Source: Candidatus Aminicenantes bacterium (GTDB lineage Bacteria; Acidobacteriota; Aminicenantia; Aminicenantales; Aminicenantaceae). From it: DNA of 40,770 nt. A program made the position numbers and the translations under genes. The notes below the pieces were generated by a model. That model worked only from the letters and a program-made list of their open reading frames with translations. It had not been told where the DNA came from and searched no databases. The stretch is taken from assembly GCA_023133225.1 (NCBI GenBank), contig JAGLWV010000078.1:1-40770 (forward strand), given 5' to 3'. Below, piece after piece: positions 15,672 to 23,589 of this stretch; the stretch's first letter is position 1; each line of letters begins with the position of its first letter.

Positions 15672-16367
15672 TTATTTTTGTTCCTGAGGACCTAGAGCTT
15701 TTAAAACATGCTCAAGAAACTCTTCTTCAGGAACAGCCCCTTCAATAAAAACATTCTCGTTTACGACAGTCTTTGGAACCCCGAAAATATTGTATCTCTG
15801 CGCAAGGTGGGGAAATTCTGTAGACTCGACCATGTCAGCCTTGATTCGGGATGATTCAAGAGCAAACTGATGTCCCAGGCGAACGGCCATGCCGCAGTAG
15901 GGACAGGTAGGAGTTACAAAAATCTGGATGTGAATGTCCTTATCGATATCCTTCAGGGCATCTTTCGTTTTTTGGCTCAGTCCGGTTTTTCCCTTGGAGA
16001 CATCAATTATGGCTTCGATAAGGCTCATGTACTCGTATCCTGAGGGGATTCCGAAAAATCTTATTCCATAATCCTCCTTTCCCAGAATGATGATGGCAGG
16101 AATTTTATCGATTCCGTATTCCTCTGCTTTTTCCTTATCAGCAAGAAAATCGTAGATGTTGAGCTCTATTTTATCCGATAGATGGCTCACTTCATCCAAC
16201 AGATTTCTTGTTTCTTTACAATAGAGGCATTCCTGTCCTTTAAGACGGTCAGGAACGACCAGGCGGCTGGGCTCCTGGGTAAAGAAGAGAAGCGTAACTT
16301 TCTCCTCCATCTTCTCATCAAAACTTTTCTTGGTTGCTTCTTCGACTTCTTTATTGAGTATTTCCAT
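15672..16367 (-). CDS. Protein disulfide oxidoreductase (glutaredoxin-like, two thioredoxin-fold units)
   Basis: 231-aa ORF with two CxxC motifs (CLYC and CPYC), one in each half. This resembles the PDO/glutaredoxin-like proteins of thermophiles and archaea. A GGAG lies 7 nt upstream of the ATG. It lies 26 nt upstream of the acs-like gene. Confidence 0.8.
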   Translation of the reverse strand: MEILNKEVEEATKKSFDEKMEEKVTLLFFTQEPSRLVVPDRLKGQECLYCKETRNLLDEVSHLSDKIELNIYDFLADKEKAEEYGIDKIPAIIILGKEDYGIRFFGIPSGYEYMSLIEAIIDVSKGKTGLSQKTKDALKDIDKDIHIQIFVTPTCPYCGMAVRLGHQFALESSRIKADMVESTEFPHLAQRYNIFGVPKTVVNENVFIEGAVPEEEFLEHVLKALGPQEQK

Positions 16368-16693
16368 CTGATTACTCCATTACGTATTTTCTATATTTTA
16401 ATTCCACCCGCATGAAAAATCAATGAAAACTGCACACATTCTTGTTTTGTCATAATGCGTATGCTATATTCATTTTTTTATTTACATTTATGGATGTACG
16501 ACACGGACGGAAAAGAGTGGATCATCGACGGAGGCGGAAAAGAATTGGCGGGGATTTTTCCATATCCGAAGAAAAAATAAATGTTTACAACAGCCCAGCG
16601 ACTAAAAAAGCGGTAGTCTTAAGTGGAGGAGTTCTATAATTTTTCTAAGAACGAGAGAACTCTTCCAAAACGGATGAAATTCAGGAGGAAAAT

Positions 16694-17269
16694 GTGAACC
16701 TCTATGATTTAATTCTTTCAAGAAGGACTATCCGTCAATTCAAAAATGATCCAGTAGCAAGGGATACTCTGGAACAACTTGTCAACGCCGCAAGATTAGC
16801 TCCTTCGGCGGCCAATCTCCAGCCTCTCGAGTTTGTTGTTGTTGATAAGGAAGAAGTGAGAAGGCAGCTCTTTCCCTGTTTGAAGTGGGCTGGATACATT
16901 GCTCCCGAGGGCAATCCCAAGCGTGGACAGGAACCTGTAGCTTACATTATCGTTATGGTCAATTTGCAGGTTAGAGAGAAAGATTACGAGCATGATGCGG
17001 GAGCAGCAGTCGAAAACATGATCCTTGCTGCTTGGGAAAAAGGCATCGGCAGCTGCTGGATTAAATCTGTTGACAGAGTGAAGGTTTCTGAAATTTTAAA
17101 GATACCGGGAAAATATGAGGTCGACTCTGTCTTAGCGTTGGGTTATCCTGCTGAAAATCCCCGGGTTGAAGAAATGAAAGACTCCCCAAAATACTGGAAA
17201 GATGAAGAGGGGAGGCTCCATGTTCCCAAGAAAAAGTTGAATAATATCATTCATTATAATAGTTTTTAA
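16694..17269 (+). CDS. Nitroreductase family protein (second paralog)
   Basis: 191-aa ORF with a GTG start preceded by AGGAGGAAAA. It has RRTIRQF and LAPSAANLQPLEF motifs that parallel the 4375..4950 protein. Confidence 0.85.
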   Translation: MNLYDLILSRRTIRQFKNDPVARDTLEQLVNAARLAPSAANLQPLEFVVVDKEEVRRQLFPCLKWAGYIAPEGNPKRGQEPVAYIIVMVNLQVREKDYEHDAGAAVENMILAAWEKGIGSCWIKSVDRVKVSEILKIPGKYEVDSVLALGYPAENPRVEEMKDSPKYWKDEEGRLHVPKKKLNNIIHYNSF

Positions 17270-17298
17270 CGAAAAAAAAGTACACCTAAGGAGGAAAA

Positions 17299-17436
17299 AT
17301 GCGATTATTTGGCTTAGTTCTTCTGATTGGTGGTTTCCTTATAAGAGGGTTGACTAACTTATCTATCGTTGCCTGGATTTTAATGGGTTTGGGAGCACTG
17401 GTCATTATTATTGCCTACGTGACCAAAAGGAAATAA
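17299..17436 (+). CDS. Candidate 45-aa small membrane protein (MRLFGLVLLIGGFLIRGLTNLSIVAWILMGLGALVIIIAYVTKRK)
   Basis: It is below the ORF-track cutoff. AAGGAGG lies 7 nt upstream of the ATG at 17299. It has two hydrophobic helices and a basic C-terminus. It starts 29 nt after the nitroreductase stop. Confidence 0.5.
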   Translation: MRLFGLVLLIGGFLIRGLTNLSIVAWILMGLGALVIIIAYVTKRK

Positions 17437-17473
17437 AGCATAAATCTTTACCATCCGGCTGCCGTCAGCTCAG
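17429..17473. repeat. Direct-repeat copy A: orphan relic of a pmbA 3' end plus its downstream flank
   Basis: It matches 24986-25030 at 38 of 45 positions without gaps (hand alignment), starting with a perfect 16-mer GGAAATAAAGCATAAA. The minus strand reads ELTAAGW-stop, but no gene body is attached. Confidence 0.6.
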
Positions 17474-17510
17474 TTGCTTTTGTTCCTTAAAAACAACGGC
17501 TTTTTTCTCA

Positions 17511-18845
17511 TTAAGCCAGCGAAAGCTGGTCATGGGCTAAGTGGAGCATTCCCAGGATAGGGACATTGTAGGGACAAGCAGCCTCACAGTACCCCGGGCA
17601 TTCGCGGCATAAGTCGGCCCTGGCGCCTGGGATCTTGGCGTACTTCAGCATAGCCTCCTTCTCCCGTCCCTGCGCCATGAAATAGTGGAAATAGCGCATG
17701 ATCGTGTTCACGGGAACACCCTGTGGGCATCGGGGCTCGCACATTCCACAGGCGTGCCGGCAGTAGAGCTCGCCACAACCCTCCTTGTAAACCGCGAGCG
17801 TTGCTTTGTCCCGATCGCTAAATTTTGATCCGGACAGGGGGAGAATACGCTCCATCTCGTCGTAGTTTTTTAGGGAACAGCAGACTGTGTTGACGCTGGG
17901 ATTAGCGAGCACGAACCGGAAAGCCGCTTCCCTGATCTCATCTGGGTTCTTCAGGTCATACTTCTTTATGAATTGTTCCGCCCTATCGAGCTTATCCTTG
18001 AACCGTGTCAATCCCTCTTTATAGAGGGAAGGGATTTCCTTTCCTTCCTTCTGGAGCCGTTCGACCAGTGACTTGATGATGTAATACTTGAACACAGGAG
18101 TAGTCTTCATCAGGGCTGTTCCGATCTTTTTCTTCTTGCAGATCTCAAGCACGCGCTTCCCTTGGTCCATCTGTAGAAAGTTGTAAGCAAAGAGGAAAAC
18201 ATCGAACCGTCCATCATCAGCAGCAGCCAGGAGCACCTTATCCATCGTCTCTTGGGGGTCCCTGAACCAGAATGATCCATGGTTGGAAACGCCCACATAC
18301 CGGACTCTGCCTTCGGCCTTAAGCTGCTGCATGGCGGCGTGAAACCCCTCGGTTTTTAAAGTTTCAACCTTTTCCGGCATGTGCATCATCATGCAGTCGA
18401 TGTATTCCGTATTCAGCTCTTGAAGCGCTTTACGAACCCTTTTGACCAGGCCTTCCTTTGAGGTATCCTTCTCCATCAACATCTTAGAGGTGATGAAGAT
18501 CGATTTGCGGTCGCGACCTTTAATCGCTTTGCCGACGATACGGTGGTGCCCGGGGTAGCTTTCCGCTGTATCTATATAGTTAACCCCGGCATCCAGCATG
18601 GTGCCGATCAGCCCTTCATCCTGAACACCCCCTACTGCGAGATCCGAGACCTTAAATCCGGTGCGGCCGAGGATGCGGTAGTCTTTGATCTTGGCCGGAG
18701 ATAAACTCTTTATATCTCTGCTGTGTGCCCGTGTGCCTTCTTTTTCCCGTGCCCATCCGCCTTTTGTGGCCATGCCGGCGCCGAGCATCCCGAAGATGGA
18801 TATCCTCAAAAAATGCCTGCGGTTAAGAGGTGATTTTTTATGCAT
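17511..18845 (-). CDS. Aldo/keto reductase with a C-terminal 4Fe-4S ferredoxin-type domain, Tat-exported
   Basis: The ORF track begins at 18875. The ATG at 18845 has GGGAGG 4-5 nt upstream and gives MHKKSPLNRRHFLRISIFGMLGAGMA, which carries a twin-arginine motif. The AKR body includes GVNYIDTAESYPGHH. The C-terminus has Cys clusters CGMCEPRCP and CRECPGYCEAACP. Confidence 0.85.
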   Translation of the reverse strand: MHKKSPLNRRHFLRISIFGMLGAGMATKGGWAREKEGTRAHSRDIKSLSPAKIKDYRILGRTGFKVSDLAVGGVQDEGLIGTMLDAGVNYIDTAESYPGHHRIVGKAIKGRDRKSIFITSKMLMEKDTSKEGLVKRVRKALQELNTEYIDCMMMHMPEKVETLKTEGFHAAMQQLKAEGRVRYVGVSNHGSFWFRDPQETMDKVLLAAADDGRFDVFLFAYNFLQMDQGKRVLEICKKKKIGTALMKTTPVFKYYIIKSLVERLQKEGKEIPSLYKEGLTRFKDKLDRAEQFIKKYDLKNPDEIREAAFRFVLANPSVNTVCCSLKNYDEMERILPLSGSKFSDRDKATLAVYKEGCGELYCRHACGMCEPRCPQGVPVNTIMRYFHYFMAQGREKEAMLKYAKIPGARADLCRECPGYCEAACPYNVPILGMLHLAHDQLSLA

Positions 18846-19114
18846 GTTTCCTCCCTTGAATAGATTACATTCCAATTTTAGATTTTTTATCAGGTTTGGC
18901 CCTCTTTAGTTCAAACGACATCTTTTATTGAGATTCTCAATTTTGAAATCATCATGAAATATATTTTGAAGAAGGAATAATGTCAATTTTATTTTTATTT
19001 GACTATGGATTATTCCAATGATAAAAGCTAAAAAGAGAAGACACTCTCTGTGATCCAAAAAGCAGATTCCTCTTCTCTTATGGACATGTTCGAAAAAAGC
19101 AAAGGAGATTGTGC

Positions 19115-20227
19115 ATGAATATGCAAAGTCAGGCAGGGAACTTCAGCCAAAGATTATTATCAATGGATGCGCTGCGTGGTTTTGATATGTTCTGGATTAT
19201 CGGAGGGCATTGGATATTTGCTGGATTGTGCGCAATCTCGAAGAATCCTGTGACGGTTGCTGTGAGCACTCAACTCAAGCATGTAAGATGGGAGGGCTTT
19301 CATTTTTGGGATTTGATCATGCCGCTCTTTCTTTTTATAGTGGGAGCAGCCATGCCGTTTTCATTCAGCAAGCGGCTGGAAAGAGGAGACAGCAAAAAGA
19401 ACATTTATATTCATATATCCAAACGTGTTGTGATGCTGTTTTTCCTGGGTATTGTAGCCCAGGGGAACCTGTTGAAATTCGATCTGTCAGAACTCCACAT
19501 TTACAGCAATACCCTTCAAGCCATAGCAGCGGGATATTTGATTGCTTCGGTCATCATGCTCAATGTCAAAATAAAGTGGCAGATAGGTATAACGGCTGGG
19601 ATGCTTCTGTTGTTCTGGGCTTTAATGTCGTGGATTCCGGTCCCAGGGTATGGCAGAAGTGTATTGACGCCAAAAGGAAACCTTGCGATTTATTTGGATA
19701 AGCTATTGCTGGGACCATTCCAGGACGGAACCAACTATAGCTGGATCCTGAGCAGCCTGACATTTGCTTCAACAGTGATGCTGGGAGTGATGGCAGGGCT
19801 TTTATTGCGCTCTAAAAAGTCACAGTGGGCGAAAGTTGCCTGGCTTTCGGGAGCTGGCTCCGGATGCCTTCTGGTGGGCTGGATCTGGGGATTTGTTTTC
19901 CCGATCATCAAGCATTTGTGGACAAGTTCGTTTGTGCTTTTTTCTGGCGGAGTATGTTTATTGTTGCTGGCCCTGTTTTACATGGTTATTGATGTGAAGG
20001 GATGGCAGAAGTGGGCATTCGGTTTTAAAGTGATCGGGTTGAATGCGATTTTGGTGTATATGGCAACCCGTTTGTTTGATTTCCGCCTGATAGGGGATGT
20101 TTTTGTTGGAGGGCTGCTCCGATGGATAGGTCCGTGGGAAAATTTTGTACGGGGACTGGCAGGATTTGCTGTGATCTGGCTGATTCTTTTCTGGATGTAC
20201 CGCAAACGAACATTTATTAAGATTTAG
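19115..20227 (+). CDS. DUF5009 / heparan-alpha-glucosaminide N-acetyltransferase-like membrane acyltransferase
   Basis: It is a polytopic membrane protein. The N-terminal motif LLSMDALRGFDMFWIIGG is typical of the DUF5009/HGSNAT-like family. The ATG at 19115 is preferred over the TTG at 19109 because AAGGAG (19102-19107) is then 7 nt upstream. Confidence 0.75.
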   Translation: MNMQSQAGNFSQRLLSMDALRGFDMFWIIGGHWIFAGLCAISKNPVTVAVSTQLKHVRWEGFHFWDLIMPLFLFIVGAAMPFSFSKRLERGDSKKNIYIHISKRVVMLFFLGIVAQGNLLKFDLSELHIYSNTLQAIAAGYLIASVIMLNVKIKWQIGITAGMLLLFWALMSWIPVPGYGRSVLTPKGNLAIYLDKLLLGPFQDGTNYSWILSSLTFASTVMLGVMAGLLLRSKKSQWAKVAWLSGAGSGCLLVGWIWGFVFPIIKHLWTSSFVLFSGGVCLLLLALFYMVIDVKGWQKWAFGFKVIGLNAILVYMATRLFDFRLIGDVFVGGLLRWIGPWENFVRGLAGFAVIWLILFWMYRKRTFIKI

Positions 20228-20238
20228 CTCCCTTTTTC

Positions 20239-20267
20239 AATAAACGCTTTTCTGAAAAGCCTTTATT
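20239..20267. terminator. Candidate bidirectional terminator hairpin between convergent genes
   Basis: AATAAACGCTTTTC t GAAAAGCCTTTATT is a 14-bp palindrome with one mismatch. Its arms carry A- and T-tracts. It sits in the 55-bp gap between the DUF5009 gene stop and the permease stop. Confidence 0.45.
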
Positions 20268-20282
20268 GATATCCCAAGGATC

Positions 20283-21500
20283 TCATTCGCTTCTGAGGGC
20301 TTCGATGGGCTCTAACGCTGCTGCTTTCGAAGCTGGATAGATCCCAAAGATCAACCCGATAATAGCTGACAGAGTTAATCCTGCTCCGGTTGCACCCCAC
20401 GATACGATCGCATTCCAGCCACCGAGCGTGGAGGCCAGGAAGGTGGAAAGCACTCCGAGAACAGCACCGAAAAATCCGCCCAAACCTGCGATAATCAGAG
20501 ACTCCAGCAGGAACTGGGTCCGAATGTCACGACGACGAGCTCCGATGGCTCGGCGCAATCCAATTTCTCTTCTTCTCTCCCGGCATGCTGTGAGCATGAC
20601 CGCGAGAATCCCGATACCCCCAACGAGAAGCGATACTGCGGCTACGCTTCCTACAAGGAGGGTCAGGGTCCGTGCGGATTCTCTCTCCGTTTGGACCAGG
20701 GAGGCCTGGTTCTGGATGGTGAAGTCATCGGGCTTATCCCGTAGTCTGTGCCTCTCCCGCAATAGCTCTCTGATCTCCGTTTCCGCATGCTGCAGTTGCT
20801 CGAACTTGGCAACCAGAATGTGGATCTTCTGGATGTAGGTCGTCCTTACGAGCCGACGCATCGCGGTCTTTATCGGTATGAGAACCCTGTCGTCCCGGTC
20901 CACTCCGTTAGCATCCACTCCTTTCGCTTTCATTACTCCCACTACTTCGAAGGGTGCACGACCGATTCGGATCTGATGACCGACAGGATCTTCACTGTCA
21001 AAAAGTTTTTCGACGATCACTGAGCCCACAAGCACAACTCTCCGGGCGGTGTCATTTTCGACCGAATCAAATGTACGACCCGTTTCGATTTCGATATTGC
21101 GTACCCGAAAAGCGGCAGGTGTGACCCCGACAACATCCGTCATCAGGTTTTCCGATTCCCACTGAATATTCATTTTCCGGCTGGTCTCGGGGGCTACCTC
21201 TGCAACAGAAGCACAGTGGTCCTGTATAGCCTCAGCGTCCCCGGGCCGGAGAGTCGTCACGATCGCCGACTGCCTCTCTCGTCCACCTACGAGGCTAACA
21301 CGGCCTGCGTTAACGACGATCAAGTTGGTGCCCATGTCGTGTATCATGTCAAGTATGCGCTTTTGGGCTCCCCGCCCCATAGACACCATAACAATTACGG
21401 CTGCAACTCCGATGACCATGCTGGATATACACAGAATAGTCCGTAATCTATGTGCTGTTAGAATCTTACATGACAAGACGATGGTTTTTGTTACTTTCAA
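20283..21500 (-). CDS. ABC transporter permease, FtsX/MacB type (second permease)
   Basis: 405-aa ORF with an N-terminal TM (LRTILCISSMVIGVAAVIVMV), a large extracytoplasmic domain, and a C-terminal 3-TM FtsX domain with RREIGLRRAIGARRRDI. The TTG start is uncertain. A 144-bp gap follows the upstream ATPase gene. Confidence 0.85.
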   Translation of the reverse strand: MKVTKTIVLSCKILTAHRLRTILCISSMVIGVAAVIVMVSMGRGAQKRILDMIHDMGTNLIVVNAGRVSLVGGRERQSAIVTTLRPGDAEAIQDHCASVAEVAPETSRKMNIQWESENLMTDVVGVTPAAFRVRNIEIETGRTFDSVENDTARRVVLVGSVIVEKLFDSEDPVGHQIRIGRAPFEVVGVMKAKGVDANGVDRDDRVLIPIKTAMRRLVRTTYIQKIHILVAKFEQLQHAETEIRELLRERHRLRDKPDDFTIQNQASLVQTERESARTLTLLVGSVAAVSLLVGGIGILAVMLTACRERRREIGLRRAIGARRRDIRTQFLLESLIIAGLGGFFGAVLGVLSTFLASTLGGWNAIVSWGATGAGLTLSAIIGLIFGIYPASKAAALEPIEALRSE

Positions 21501-21643
21501 TCCAATTCTTATGTTAGACGACCCGCTATGACGCTTACTCCCTTAGGAATCGCAAGAGCTTCACGGATGACATCTTTTGTGCCTTTTTGTAACCAACGAC
21601 AGTGGCGATTGGAAACCATGGATCCTGCAAATCTCTCAATGGG

Positions 21644-22354
21644 CTAGTGATTACCTGAATTTTCCGGCTTTGAGCTGGTGGTGTTTTCTATGATCTGGCC
21701 CTCTTTGAGCTCCAGGATCCTTTGAGCGTGCTCGGCAACTGCCCGGTCGTGCGTAACGACGATGATCGTTCTACCCTCTTGATGGAGGCGGCTGAAGATT
21801 TCCAAGACTTCATGAGTACTCCCGGAATCTAGATTGCCTGTTGGTTCGTCTGCCAGGATAACGTCGGGATCATTGATAAGAGCTCGAGCGATGGCTACCC
21901 TCTGTTGCTGTCCTCCCGACAATTCGTTGGCAAGGTATTCCATCCGGTCTTCAAGCCCGACATTAGTAAGAGCTTTTTTGGCACGTTGTTTTGCATCTGC
22001 CGGATAATTGTCTGCGTAGATGAGAGGTAATAACACGTTTTCGAGTGCGGTCGTGCGTTCCAGAAGAAAAAACTGCTGGAAGACAAACCCAATCTTCTTG
22101 TTCCTCAGAGCAGAAAGAGCATCATCGTCAAGTGTGTATACATCGGTACCATCCAGTTCAAGCTGCCCGCTCGTCGGCTTGTCGAGGCACCCGAGAATGT
22201 TCATCAGCGTAGACTTGCCTGATCCCGACGTGCCCATGATTGCTACATATTCCCCGCGATGAATCGAAAGGGTTATGCCGCGCAAAACCGGGGTTGTAAC
22301 GGAAGGCTTTTTATATGTTTTTTCGATGTTTTTTGTTTTAATCATACATATCAC
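21644..22354 (-). CDS. ABC transporter ATP-binding protein (MacB/LolD-like)
   Basis: 236-aa ORF with Walker [13 protein letters not shown] signature [15 protein letters not shown], Walker [12 protein letters not shown] and an H-loop VTHD. Confidence 0.9.
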   Translation of the reverse strand: MICMIKTKNIEKTYKKPSVTTPVLRGITLSIHRGEYVAIMGTSGSGKSTLMNILGCLDKPTSGQLELDGTDVYTLDDDALSALRNKKIGFVFQQFFLLERTTALENVLLPLIYADNYPADAKQRAKKALTNVGLEDRMEYLANELSGGQQQRVAIARALINDPDVILADEPTGNLDSGSTHEVLEIFSRLHQEGRTIIVVTHDRAVAEHAQRILELKEGQIIENTTSSKPENSGNH

Positions 22355-22368
22355 CTCTCTCTTTCCCG

Positions 22369-23589
22369 CTAGGTTCTCAAAGCGTCCACAGGACTCTGGT
22401 TTGCCGCCTTCTTGGCGGGGTAAATGCCGAAGACCACTGCAATGAGACTGCAGGATACGATGGAGGCGGCAAGAGCAAGGAGTGTGACCCTGCTTGCAGC
22501 CACTTTCAGGTACGAAAGGATAATGGAGCCGCCGAATCCAAGCATTGTTCCCAATAGTCCCCCCATCATTGAGATGAGGAAACCTTCCATCACGAACTGG
22601 CTGATGATATCACGCTTCTTTGCGCCAATTGCCCGCCGGATTCCTATCTCATTTCTCCTGGCTGAAACAGAAGCGAGCATTATGTTCATAATCACGATGC
22701 CCGCAACCAGTAAGGAGACTCCGGCGATTCCGGTGAGCAGGTTTATCAGGGATCGTGTGGTACTATATGCTAGGTCTATCAGATCCTGAGGAGTCCTCAT
22801 GGCAAAGTCGTCCGGTTCGCCGGCTGAAATCTTGTGGCGCTCGCGAAGCACAGATCGCACGTCCTCTATAGTCTTATCCAGGTTGCTAATATCCGCGACG
22901 GTAATCACTATCTGGGTCAAATAAATATCTCTGAAAAGTCTCTTTGTATACGCAGTGATGGGGACAACGATCCGGTCGTCCCTATCCCGGCCCGCGGAAG
23001 ATATCCCCTTCCACTGAAGTTCGCCCTTAACAGTGAACGGGACGTCCTTGATTCGAATCGTTTGACCTATTGGATCTGTATCGCCGAACAGATTCTTCTT
23101 GACGGTCTGTCCGATGATGCAAACTCTTGCAGCAAAAGATAGATCCTCTTCGGAGATGAACTCACCCTTGCTTGGGCCAAAATCGCGGATCTCGGACCAT
23201 ACAGGAGTGATACCGAATATTCTGGTCAGGGTGAATTTATCTCCATGTTTCACTTCGACTTCTTTGCGGTCTTTGACGGGGCTTATTGCACGGATATTCC
23301 CTATGTGTTGCAGAATGGCATCAACGTCCTCTTCTAAAAGCGACACGACAGCGCGGCTGCCCGAGGGAAGCCCGGTATGTTTGTCTGTCCCTGGGCGGAC
23401 CTGCAACAAGTCCGGTCCCTGCCTGTTGACAATATCCATTACCTCCTCATATGCTCCCTTGCTCACACAGATCATCAGTGTAAGCGAAGCAACACCCACT
23501 GCCATGCCCAGCATCATGATGAATACACGGGTCCTGTTGGCCCCCATCACACGGAACGATTCTCTGGTAATCCGAGCTATTCTGGCCAT
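22369..23589 (-). CDS. ABC transporter permease, FtsX/MacB type (first permease)
   Basis: 406-aa ORF with the same architecture as 20283..21500 and RNEIGIRRAIGAKKRDI. Its ATG overlaps the adaptor gene stop (TAATG). The GAGGAGGAG codons just upstream can act as a Shine-Dalgarno. Confidence 0.85.
   Translation of the reverse strand: MARIARITRESFRVMGANRTRVFIMMLGMAVGVASLTLMICVSKGAYEEVMDIVNRQGPDLLQVRPGTDKHTGLPSGSRAVVSLLEEDVDAILQHIGNIRAISPVKDRKEVEVKHGDKFTLTRIFGITPVWSEIRDFGPSKGEFISEEDLSFAARVCIIGQTVKKNLFGDTDPIGQTIRIKDVPFTVKGELQWKGISSAGRDRDDRIVVPITAYTKRLFRDIYLTQIVITVADISNLDKTIEDVRSVLRERHKISAGEPDDFAMRTPQDLIDLAYSTTRSLINLLTGIAGVSLLVAGIVIMNIMLASVSARRNEIGIRRAIGAKKRDIISQFVMEGFLISMMGGLLGTMLGFGGSIILSYLKVAASRVTLLALAASIVSCSLIAVVFGIYPAKKAANQSPVDALRT

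Noticed and set aside
16442-16639. 65-aa ORF (and a nested 30-aa ATG ORF at 16490) in the PDO to nitroreductase spacer.
   Set aside because: It has a TTG or unsupported start and no Shine-Dalgarno. The Arg/Lys-rich low-complexity product (HGRKRVDHRRRRKRIGG) is more likely non-coding regulatory DNA.
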